From positions 366,121 through 430,120 of the forward strand of contig CAWHSF010000003.1 of NCBI GenBank assembly GCA_963832025.1: 64,000 nt of DNA, in the 5' to 3' direction. A model generated the notes under the pieces. It was not told where the DNA came from and ran no database searches. It worked only from the letters and a program-made list of their open reading frames with translations. The translations under genes and the position numbers were made by a program. Shown here piece after piece: positions 55,469 through 63,724 of this stretch. The first letter of the stretch is position 1, and every line of letters starts with the position of its first letter. The DNA is from Candidatus Nomurabacteria bacterium (GTDB lineage Bacteria; Patescibacteriota; Minisyncoccia; Phycocordibacterales; UBA9973).

Positions 55469-56866
55469 GTGAAAAAAACAAAAAAATCAAGAAGACCGCA
55501 GAAAAATTGGAAAAAGTTTTGGAAACTCGGGACAGAAGAATTCAATACTCAATTTTTAGATGTAAGTAAGGATGGGGAATTGTTGGCGAACGAGGGACAT
55601 CATGTTTACAATCTGCATGATATAGCTCATAAGTATGGCACGCCGCTACAGGTGATTTTCCCTTTCGTATTGGAAGACCGACTCAAAGATTTGATCGGTT
55701 ATTTTCAGGCCTATATGAAAATTTATAACTACAAGGGCAAATTCTTTTATCATTATCCGATGAAAGTAAATCAAAACAAAGAATTTGTTCTGCCGATTTT
55801 ATCCGAAGGAGCTAATCTGGAAGTGACTTCTGCTAACGAACTCTGGATTGTAAAAAAACTTTGGGAAGGGGAAAGATTCAACAGTAAAATTCGCGTGTTG
55901 TGTAATGGTCCAAAGACCGATCAATATCTGGATTTGATAGAAGAATTGCGTGGAAAACAAATGAACATCGTGCCGATTATTGAAGGTCCGGAAGAAGTGG
56001 AAAGACTTTCCAAATATAAAGGCGACATTGGTATTCGTGTGGATTTGTCTATCAAGGCGGATACGCACTGGGACAAGAAATTTGACCGCTTCGGCTTGTC
56101 GGAAAAAGATGCGCTCGATTTATCCAGAATCAAAAATCTTAAAATAATGCATTATCACATGGGTTCGCAAATCAAAACACAGAAAAGTATTTTGGAAGCA
56201 GTCAAACATGGATTTTCTGTTTATACGCAATTGCAAAAAATACATCCTTCTCTAGACACATTGGATATCGGAGGAGGTTTTGGCATTTCTCATGAGAAGA
56301 AAAAATTTTATACGGCCAAATCTGTTTCCAGTAAAATCGTAAAATTACTAAAAAATCTCTCAGATAAGGCAGGAGTTAGACATCCAAACTTAATCGTGGA
56401 GTGGGGATGGTACATCGTAGACCCGGCTCAAATTACAATCTATAAAGTGATTTCCAAGAAACTTATTCCAAAAGCCAATGCTAAAGCTTGGTATGTCATT
56501 GATGGAAGTTTTGTGAACGATTTGAAAGACACTTGGACCATTCACCAGAGGTGGCATACTATTCCGGTAAATAACATGCAAGAACCACTCCGGACTACCT
56601 GGCTTGCGGGTAGCACCTGTGATTCGGACGACAAATACACCGCCGGAGGCAATTACATTCTTTTGCCAAAACTTCACGAAGGCCAAGACCAATTTGTGGC
56701 ATTACTTGATACGGGAGCATATCAAGACGGCTTGGCTTCCCACCATTGTTTGCTTTCTGCTCCCATGAAAATTGTGGTGCAAGATGGCGATGTGAAGGTT
56801 GTTCGCAAAAGAGAAAACGCAGAATCTATCGGAAAACTTTTTGGTTGGAACGGTGACCATAAATAA
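55469..56866 (+). CDS. PLP-dependent group IV decarboxylase, SpeA (arginine decarboxylase)-like, short form. GTG start.
   Basis: PLP-lysine motif YPMKVNQN (SpeA-type), plus DIGGGFGI and a C-terminal beta-barrel with CDSDD. Confidence 0.65.
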   Translation: MKKTKKSRRPQKNWKKFWKLGTEEFNTQFLDVSKDGELLANEGHHVYNLHDIAHKYGTPLQVIFPFVLEDRLKDLIGYFQAYMKIYNYKGKFFYHYPMKVNQNKEFVLPILSEGANLEVTSANELWIVKKLWEGERFNSKIRVLCNGPKTDQYLDLIEELRGKQMNIVPIIEGPEEVERLSKYKGDIGIRVDLSIKADTHWDKKFDRFGLSEKDALDLSRIKNLKIMHYHMGSQIKTQKSILEAVKHGFSVYTQLQKIHPSLDTLDIGGGFGISHEKKKFYTAKSVSSKIVKLLKNLSDKAGVRHPNLIVEWGWYIVDPAQITIYKVISKKLIPKANAKAWYVIDGSFVNDLKDTWTIHQRWHTIPVNNMQEPLRTTWLAGSTCDSDDKYTAGGNYILLPKLHEGQDQFVALLDTGAYQDGLASHHCLLSAPMKIVVQDGDVKVVRKRENAESIGKLFGWNGDHK

Positions 56867-56868
56867 AG

Positions 56869-57366
56869 ATGAATAAAAAAAATATCTTTGCTTTTGTTGT
56901 AGTTATTATTTTTTTTCTAGTGGGGTTTCTTTGGGTGCAACGTTTAAATAAGCAACCTGTCGTAACTCAAATTCCCATAGCCCAAATTCCCGAGAATATT
57001 ACATCTGTAGAAATCGGTGGACAAAAAGTAAAAGTTGACTTGGCCCTAACCGAAGCGGAGCAAGAACAAGGACTTTCCGGAAGGCCAAGTCTTTTACCGA
57101 ATACGGGGATGCTTTTTGTTTTTCCGTCACCCCTCAAACCCCTGTTTTGGATGAAAGACATGAACTTTCCTATTGATATGATTTGGATTACGGAAGATAT
57201 GAAAGTGGATTATATAGAAAATGATGCGACTCCAGAATCATATCCTGCAACTTTTGGTCCTGGAGTAAACGATGGGAATGCGGAATATGTGTTGGAAGTT
57301 CCGAATGGGTTTGCCGCGCAAAATAATCTAAAAGTAGGGGACAGCATACAATTTATTTATCAATAA
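56869..57366 (+). CDS. DUF192-family secreted protein
   Basis: N-terminal TM/signal sequence. Motifs GLSGRPSLLPNTGMLFVF...FWMKDMNFPIDMIWI and YVLEVPNG. Confidence 0.7.
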   Translation: MNKKNIFAFVVVIIFFLVGFLWVQRLNKQPVVTQIPIAQIPENITSVEIGGQKVKVDLALTEAEQEQGLSGRPSLLPNTGMLFVFPSPLKPLFWMKDMNFPIDMIWITEDMKVDYIENDATPESYPATFGPGVNDGNAEYVLEVPNGFAAQNNLKVGDSIQFIYQ

Positions 57367-57370
57367 AGAG

Positions 57371-57398
57371 AAAACTCCGCCTTTTGAGGCGGAGTTTT
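57371..57398. terminator. Bidirectional terminator between the DUF192 gene and rnpB
   Basis: aaaactccgcc-ttttga-ggcggagtttt, with A and T runs on both sides. Confidence 0.8.
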
Positions 57399-57406
57399 CA
57401 TTTTTG

Positions 57407-57768
57407 TTGCAGGTATCTATAAGCCGAATTTCGTAGTCTGACCGAAGTCGGACGATAGTAATTTATCTAGGCCTCAAATTACTCTGAGGCTCAAGCGATT
57501 CTCCCCCACACCTTTCGGAGCGATGCGCAGTTGCGCGTTGTATTTCACAACCTCGTTCTGAAAGGTGTGGGGGCACGATCTTGCACACACGTAAGTATTT
57601 TGCCGTTTCACTCCCGCCGATGGCGGGATTCGTCACTGTTCGCAACTCTATCCTTACGGATGATGGGTATTACCCACTACGCTTGCCTAGACGCAAGGTC
57701 AGGGCTGTGTGTTCGGACTTTCCTCCCGCCTTATAAAAGACGAGTAACTATCCAATACCTGCACCCTT
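57407..57768 (-). ncRNA. rnpB: RNase P RNA (bacterial type)
   Basis: The reverse complement contains CR-I ggcGGGAGGAAAGTCCGAACacacag (57710-57735) and CR-V-like cagactACGAAATTCGGCTTATag (57417-57440). The ends pair as P1 (gcaggtat / atacctgc). ORF-track ORFs here are spurious. Confidence 0.85.
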
Positions 57769-58065
57769 ACTCTATACCACTTGCATTTTTATTTCAAGTA
57801 TGATATACTAGGGACGTGAGTGTAAGGAGGTGATTCTTACATTTATCGTAAACAATATATGTGCCGCAAAACCCCGCCGCAAGGCGGGGTTTTGTTTTCC
57901 CGGTAGTAGATTTTGGTGAAGTCTTTCAGACGCGCTTTGCGCATCACCAAAATTCACTACCCGGGTTTTGGTTCTTCACTAGCTTTTCATATTAATATAT
58001 TATATATTAATACTAAATTAGTATATTTTTATATTAATTTATTATTAATTTAATTTAAAAAGTAT

Positions 58066-59502
58066 ATGGATAAAAATAAGCCACTAAAGAACTTTTTAGA
58101 AATACCTTACGACGAGCTGGAAGTAATGAATTTGCGTGCAAAAGAACAAGCAGAAAAGTTGAGTGCAGTGGAAGTAGAGAAGCAACATTGTTTATATTTA
58201 CAAAAAGAAAAGAGAATAAAGGCTATCACTGTTTGTTTTACCGACATTGAGGGTCGTTTTCATATGCTGGATTATGATAAGAAATTTTTGCTTGATTCGG
58301 TTAACAATTTAACTTTTGATGGTTCTTCAATTCGTGGTTTTAGCCAGCAACATGAATCGGACTTGCGTTTAAATGTCGATTGGAAAAGTATTCGTTTTCT
58401 TCCATCCGATGTCTTTGGTCCCGGAAAAGTGATTGTTTTTGCGGATGTTTTAGACCGCGATCGTATGCCTTACATCTCGGATTTTCGTGGCCAATTAAAA
58501 CTTTACACAGAGCAATTAAAGAAACAGAATGGCATTATTGCAAATGCTTCGGCCGAAGTGGAAGGGTTTTTGGTTGATGGAATAAATGCAGAACACCAAT
58601 ATAAAGACAAAGGTTCCTTTAATTTTATTTCCACTGGTGGTTATTATCATTCATTACCTTTAGACCGCTTGCGTCAGTTTATTGATAGGACAGCAGAGGC
58701 GCAGCGCGCTTTGGGATTCAAAAATGAAAAAGACCATCCGGAAGTCGCGCCATCACAATTTGAAATGAACTTTTCCTATTCCGATGTATTGCGTGCAGCT
58801 GATAATATCCAACTCTACAAACTTGTTTGTCGCCAAGTTGCAAATAATCTCGGTATGACTGCGACTTTCTTACCGAAACCATTTGTGGGGATAAACGGCT
58901 CTGGAATGCACACCAATGTTTCTTTGGCCAAAGCGGGTAAAAACATTTTTTATGAAAAAAAAGGAAAAGACGGTTTATCAAAAATAGCCTGGGATTTTAT
59001 TTCCCGTATCTTGAATCATGCTTCAGAAATTTGTTTAGTTTTTAATTCCAGTGTAAATTCTTATCGTCGACTTGACCCGCATTTCGAAGCACCAAACCAA
59101 ATTAAAGTTTCTGCGATTGATCGAGGTTCCATGATTCGTATTCCCGTGGGCAATGAACGCTCCACTCGTATTGAAGTTCGTTCAGTCGCGCCGGATGCCA
59201 ATCCATATCTGGTTTTGTTGACTATATTAAAAACCGGACTGGAAGGAACCCTGCTTATCAAAGATAAAGACAAGAGAGATCGGGTGCGTGTTTTGCCGGA
59301 TAATATTTATGACGCAATTAAATTATTTAAGGCCAGTGATTTTGTCGGGAAGATTCTTCACCCGGTAAATCAAGAAAAATACACGGAATACAAACAAAGT
59401 GCAGCCGACCGCAGCCCCAAAGCTTTGGGTACGATTATAAAATCTTCCGAAATTATTTATCACCACGAAGTGACCAACCAGGTCCTTTGGCATAGATTTT
59501 AA
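58066..59502 (+). CDS. glnA: Glutamine synthetase
   Basis: Motifs FTDIEGRFHMLDY, HPEVAPSQFEMNF, KPFVGINGSGMHTNVSL, NSYRRL and RIEVRSVAPDANPYL. Confidence 0.92.
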   Translation: MDKNKPLKNFLEIPYDELEVMNLRAKEQAEKLSAVEVEKQHCLYLQKEKRIKAITVCFTDIEGRFHMLDYDKKFLLDSVNNLTFDGSSIRGFSQQHESDLRLNVDWKSIRFLPSDVFGPGKVIVFADVLDRDRMPYISDFRGQLKLYTEQLKKQNGIIANASAEVEGFLVDGINAEHQYKDKGSFNFISTGGYYHSLPLDRLRQFIDRTAEAQRALGFKNEKDHPEVAPSQFEMNFSYSDVLRAADNIQLYKLVCRQVANNLGMTATFLPKPFVGINGSGMHTNVSLAKAGKNIFYEKKGKDGLSKIAWDFISRILNHASEICLVFNSSVNSYRRLDPHFEAPNQIKVSAIDRGSMIRIPVGNERSTRIEVRSVAPDANPYLVLLTILKTGLEGTLLIKDKDKRDRVRVLPDNIYDAIKLFKASDFVGKILHPVNQEKYTEYKQSAADRSPKALGTIIKSSEIIYHHEVTNQVLWHRF

Positions 59503-59529
59503 ATTTTTTCGATATAAATGATTTCAGTG

Positions 59530-59600
59530 TGGACCTAGCGAGAATCGAACTCGCGCTTCGTCAATGCGAATGACGCGTAATACCACTTTACTATAGGCCC
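59530..59600 (-). tRNA. tRNA-Ala (anticodon CGC)
   Basis: The reverse complement gggcctatagtaaagtggtattacgcgtcattCGCattgacg... has the G3:U70 pair, A73, a perfect 5-bp anticodon stem and a TTCGATT T-loop. Confidence 0.75.
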
Positions 59601-59615
59601 GTGTATGCGGGTATG

Positions 59616-59687
59616 TGCGTCTTGTTGGAATCGGACCAACGGCCTTTCCGATGTGAACGGAACGCTCTACCCCTGAGCTAAAGACGC
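59616..59687 (-). tRNA. tRNA-Val (anticodon CAC)
   Basis: The reverse complement gcgtctttagctcaggggtagagcgttccgttCACatcggaa... folds as a cloverleaf with acceptor gcgtctt/aagacgc. Confidence 0.85.
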
Positions 59688-59702
59688 AAGCAGAATTCCC
59701 AG

Positions 59703-59773
59703 TGGACCTACGGAGAGTCGGACTCCGACCTCGTCCATGCCATGGACGCGTTCTACCGCTGAACTATAGGCCC
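59703..59773 (-). tRNA. tRNA-Ala (anticodon GGC)
   Basis: The reverse complement gggcctatagttcagcggtagaacgcgtccatGGCatggacg... has the G3:U70 pair and A73. Confidence 0.85.
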
Positions 59774-59858
59774 GTCTGTAGAATAATAGCCGAAATATAT
59801 AAAAATACAACGGCAATTTACATTTTAATCAAAATAATATAAAATGCCTTTGTTGTCT

Positions 59859-59931
59859 GGGCCTTTAGCTCATCTGGTAGAGCGCCTCATTTGCAATGAG
59901 GAGGTAAGGAGTTCGAGTCTCCTAAGGTCCA
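59859..59931 (+). tRNA. tRNA-Ala (anticodon UGC)
   Basis: gggcctttagctcatctggtagagcgcctcattTGCaatgagg...aggagttcgagtctcctaaggtcca, with the G3:U70 pair and A73. Confidence 0.9.
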
Positions 59932-60103
59932 CAATGATCCGCGAGAACAGCTGGGAGCTGCTTGAGCGAATCATCATTGTGTGACATGAGAGACGAGAAA
60001 GGCGGAGGCCGACGGGCCGAGCCGGGGTAGCGAAATTTTTCAGTAGAAAAATATTTGTGACCGAGTCTCCTAATGTCCACAGTTGTTCTTTGGAAAATTA
60101 AAT

Positions 60104-60157
60104 TCGGGAGTAGCTCAGCGGTACCTGCCTGCCGGCAGGCAGGGGGCGGTCGCCTGT
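60104..60157 (+). pseudogene. Orphan 5-prime half of tRNA-Asn (acceptor to anticodon positions 34-35) carrying a 20-bp palindrome in the D arm
   Basis: tcgggagtagctcagcggta[cctgcctgccggcaggcagg]gggcggtcgcctgt matches the intact tRNA-Asn 5-prime half at 60415-60448, apart from the insert and one substitution. Confidence 0.75.
60124..60143. repeat. Family C 20-bp perfect palindrome inside the tRNA-Asn 5-prime fragment
   Basis: CCTGCCTGCCGGCAGGCAGG, inserted relative to the intact tRNA-Asn D arm. Confidence 0.9.
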
Positions 60158-60171
60158 GATATGATTTAGAA

Positions 60172-60435
60172 ATGGAGGAAAATTTCGTTTACGCCATAAA
60201 AAGCATAAAGGATGGCAGAATTTATGTTGGAATGAGTCGTAACCCGTAAAAGAGATTGTTGGAACACAACAGCGGAAAAGTTTTTTCTACGAAAGGTTTT
60301 CGTCCTTGGATTCTGATATTTTTTGAAAATACTGGCGCAAGTAGAATTTATGCCAGAATTAGGGAAAAATATTGGAAATCAGGGTGTGGTAAGGAAAAAT
60401 TGAAAAAAGAATATTCGGGAGTAGCTCAGCGGTAG
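60172..60435 (+). pseudogene. Small GIY-YIG (COG2827/YhbQ-like) nuclease gene with an in-frame TAA at 60247-60249. Its 3-prime end runs into tRNA-Asn.
   Basis: Translation: MEENFVYAIKSIKDGRIYVGMSRNP*KRLLEHNSGK...GFRPWILIFFE...ARIREKYWKSG. This is the GIY...YVG...R...EHN pattern of the GIY-YIG fold. Confidence 0.7.
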
Positions 60436-60486
60436 AGCGGTCGCCTGTTAAGCGATTGGTCGTAGGTTCGATCCCTACCTCCCGAG
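60415..60486 (+). tRNA. tRNA-Asn (anticodon GUU)
   Basis: tcgggagtagctcagcggtagagcggtcgcctGTTaagcgattggtcgtaggttcgatccctacctcccgag folds as a canonical cloverleaf. Confidence 0.9.
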
Positions 60487-60676
60487 CATTACGTGGACTT
60501 TCAGCGTAGAGTTCTTCTATTTGTCCTCGTATTTTTACCTATTTTGAGAGGTTCTAACCGTTTATTTTCAATCACTACATCTTTTAAGGGAATTAGCGTT
60601 TTTTCCATATCAATCACTACGATTTTGTCTTTTAACGACGAGGTGCGAACCTAATTGGATGAATACCTCTTTTTTC

Positions 60677-62037
60677 TCAAAGGTTCGCCTTTTTCAAACT
60701 TGGCTCTTGCATCTCTGGCAAAGTCAGCAAACCTCGTCTGCTTTTTTCATAAAGCAGGTCAACATCCTTGCCCGTCTTGTTAAAGATATTTTCCCAGCGT
60801 TGTTTTTCTGCTGTTAGTGGTTCTTTACGCATTTTAAATTCCTCCTCGGTTAATTCTTGATTGGCTCGCATATCAATCAAGCCCGACAATTTTTTCAAGC
60901 ATTCTTTATATGCCTTATTTTGCGTATCAAGGATGGATTCGGTTGTTTGAGCTTGTTTGGCGTTTTCTTTTCTAAACCACTTCAAAGCAAAATCGTGCAA
61001 ATCTGGCGGGAATGGTTAGTGAATCAATTTCTGTTTTAATTTGTTTTTCCAATTCTTTTTGCTCAATACATTTCTGGGTGCAGTTTGGATTTATGCGTTT
61101 CGTGCAATGGTAATAAATATATCTGTGTATGTTGCCGTTCTTGTTGCCTTTTGATTTTTTCTTCTGCTGTAATGCTTGCTCCGCACTCTCCGCACTCCAT
61201 AAGCCCCGTAAAGGCGAAAATATGCGTCTTGGGGCGAGGTTTGCCTTTCTGCCGAGATATTACTTGTATCTTGTCGTATTCTTCTGCAGTCATTAAAGGT
61301 TTATATGTCCCTTTATACCAAATACCACTTCCTTTCGGATATTCGAAAATCCCGTAATAAGCGGTATTAGTGAAAATATAGTAAATCGTATTTCTGCTCA
61401 TCTTTTTGCCATTGGGCATTTTAAAGCCCCATTCTTCGTTGGCTATATTTCTCTGATTTTTAACGGAGTATAAAGACCCGTAAGCATCATATCAACCATT
61501 TTACGAACCAAATCAAATCTTTCTGGGTCTGGGTAAATTTGCTTTTTACCTCGTTCGTCATATTTATTATTTTTATATCCAGTCGGGGCGGGTGCAGGAT
61601 ACATTCCTTTTTCAGCTTTTGTTTTTAATCCTCGTTTTACATCTTCGCCCTTGTTATCATTTTCCAGTTTCGCTTGATTACAAAACAGAGCAAGCATAAA
61701 TTTATCGTTGGGGATATTGCGCTATAAATTTGGCTTGGAGTTCTGACTTCAACCAGTTTCCCTAAATCCATTAAATACACAATCTTGCCTGTATCTATTG
61801 GATTTCGTGAAATTCTGCTTGGCGCTCCAAACCAAAAGCCCATTGGCATAGCCATTGTCAATTTTTTCAACCAGTTCGGCAAATTTAGGTCTGTTGAGTT
61901 TTTTTGCCGAGTGTGATTCTTCAATAATTTCAATACTATTCATGCTTTTCTCGTTTCGCAACAACTTAAAGTTCTTTTCTTGCGATTCAATAGATCAAAA
62001 CTTGCCTATCTTCTTGTTCGGAAGTATTTACGACAGT
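60677..62037 (-). pseudogene. Large serine recombinase split over at least five frame-shifted pieces
   Basis: Pieces read, in order: TVVNTSEQEDRQ...SIESQEKEL; SAKKLNRPKFAELVEKIDNGYANGLLVW; RISRNPIDTGKIVYLMD; recombinase domain GYKNNKY...RFDLVRKMVDMML...YYIFTNTAYYGIFEY; Zn ribbon GLMECGECGASITAEE; coiled-coil tail. Confidence 0.75.
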
Positions 62038-62059
62038 AAATAATATATTTGGTTGGCTG

Positions 62060-62251
62060 TTAATTTTGTTTTCCATTGGTTTTTGCTTTATTCAAAAAAC
62101 TATCAAACTCTTTTTTATCAATTCTAAATTCCTTACCTATCTTATAGGATTTTAATTTTCCACACCAATATAGCGATAAATAGTCATTATATTTACCCTT
62201 AATTTTTCTGCTAATTCTTTGGCTGTGTAAAAATCTTGTTTCTTTTTTCAT
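62060..62251 (-). CDS. Excisionase-type HTH (HTH_17-like) DNA-binding protein
   Basis: C-terminus LKSYKIGKEFRIDKKEFDSFL. The best HTH reading of the middle part (FYTAKELAEKLRVNIMTIYRYIGVEN) lies in a neighbouring frame, which implies two compensating indels near A runs. Confidence 0.6.
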   Translation of the reverse strand: MKKETRFLHSQRISRKIKGKYNDYLSLYWCGKLKSYKIGKEFRIDKKEFDSFLNKAKTNGKQN

Positions 62252-62258
62252 AATTTTT

Positions 62259-62420
62259 TTATTCTTTATTTAAGCTCTTTCTTATTTCTTGTAAAATCAA
62301 CATTGTCTCTGTATCTTCTGGAATATCTATCTCGCCACATTTTGGACATCTAGTTTCACAGCAGGGACAATAATTAAAATTACACTTCTTACAATCTACT
62401 GGTTTTATTTCTATGGGCAT
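62259..62420 (-). CDS. 53-aa zinc-ribbon protein (below the ORF-track cutoff)
   Basis: Translation: MPIEIKPVDCKKCNFNYCPCCETRCPKCGEIDIPEDTETMLILQEIRKSLNKE. Tightly packed between the rep and HTH genes. Confidence 0.4.
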   Translation of the reverse strand: MPIEIKPVDCKKCNFNYCPCCETRCPKCGEIDIPEDTETMLILQEIRKSLNKE

Positions 62421-62437
62421 AAGTCTATTATACTTTA

Positions 62438-63673
62438 CTATTCTTTACATAGCAAAGAATCAAAGTGTATAACTTTTTCCAAAGAAGTTAAGCTAATAAA
62501 CTCAAATCTATCAAGCTGTTGGGTTATGTAAGAAATACCTTGAGGCACTGGAATATCCTTTACTAATTCGGTGGCAATATCCAACTTCTCAAGCAATCTG
62601 TTGTCTTTATTTGCCCATATCTTATTTAGTTCATTTTTTACAGTTTTTGCTCCGTGCTCTTTTATAACTTGGACTAGACCATAAATCCATAGAGCTTTAT
62701 TTTGGCTATGGGCACTAGGATTTTCCAGTTTAGCGTTTCTTAAAATGTGTAGCAGTAAATCCAAAGAGCTTGTATAGCTTAAAAGGGCTAACTGATTTTC
62801 TGGGCGTTGCAATATATTTTTCCATCCTCTCGCTAATACAGTTTTCCAAAGTCCATCTGTGAAAAGGTCTGCAACTGTGATTTTATCTTGATATGTTTTT
62901 CCCAACAATGCGTGAAGTTCGCTTTTTATTGTTTGATGCTTATTCAAGCGGTATTCATATCTAAAAACTTCAAGATTTTCAAAAGCTGGAGAAGATAGTA
63001 ATTCTTTTTCGTAAGTAGTTCTTGTTTTATCCGCTCTTTTACTCTTCGGTTGTCTAGCATCGTCTGCCTTATCGTAAAAACACCATTCACGAGAACCACA
63101 AAATAAATGCACTACCTTGCCAGCATTTTTATTTCTTTGTCTGCGAACATCTTCGGTTGTGTCGTATGCCTTTCCCATATCCGTGCGAGAAAGGTCAGAA
63201 AGTATGCTTCGTATGGCAATTTCTCTGGGTAAGATTATATTTTTACAGAAATGAACCACTGAAACAGGGGCTTGCTTTATTGCTTCTACTGAAATTAGGA
63301 TGCCAGCTTCCGCCAACCTTTGTGTTGTTAAAACTAATATTCTATCTTTATCCAAAACCTTAATTTCTTCAAAATTATTTCCCAAAAGGAGTTTTGGTAT
63401 TGAATGGATTGTGATAACTATTTCATATATGACTCTGCCTATTGTGGCATCCGCTTTTTCATACACTTCAACACTGGGATAGTATGTGTCCTCGTCATCT
63501 TTTACTGGATGGAGGATAAATTTACGCAAATATTCATTACCTCTCAATCCTTTACTTCTAATTCTTTCTTTTTGAGAAAGGTCTGAAAAATTTCTAACAG
63601 AAAATTCTGTATTGAAATTTGCTCTCTCTGTTATTCTGAAATTTTCTTTAATGCGAAATGATATTGTGTCCAT
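62438..63673 (-). CDS. Replication initiation protein (Rep_trans / phage CRI-like, rolling-circle type)
   Basis: VVHLFCGSREWCFYDKADD and EVFRYEYRLNKHQT resemble the G-S-R...YDK and R-x-E-x-R/L blocks recalled for Rep_trans/G2P initiators. N-terminus DTISFRI. Confidence 0.55.
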   Translation of the reverse strand: MDTISFRIKENFRITERANFNTEFSVRNFSDLSQKERIRSKGLRGNEYLRKFILHPVKDDEDTYYPSVEVYEKADATIGRVIYEIVITIHSIPKLLLGNNFEEIKVLDKDRILVLTTQRLAEAGILISVEAIKQAPVSVVHFCKNIILPREIAIRSILSDLSRTDMGKAYDTTEDVRRQRNKNAGKVVHLFCGSREWCFYDKADDARQPKSKRADKTRTTYEKELLSSPAFENLEVFRYEYRLNKHQTIKSELHALLGKTYQDKITVADLFTDGLWKTVLARGWKNILQRPENQLALLSYTSSLDLLLHILRNAKLENPSAHSQNKALWIYGLVQVIKEHGAKTVKNELNKIWANKDNRLLEKLDIATELVKDIPVPQGISYITQQLDRFEFISLTSLEKVIHFDSLLCKE

Positions 63674-63724
63674 AATGATTTAAAAATGTTGGCTATAAAT
63701 TTCTTGGAATCCTATTTATATTCT

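Noticed and set aside
57463-57803. ORFs 57463..57645 (-) and 57531..57803 (+)
   Set aside because: The region is RNase P RNA (GGAGGAAAGTCCGAAC and ACGAAATTCGGCTTAT motifs, P1 pairing of the ends). The ORFs have no coding features.
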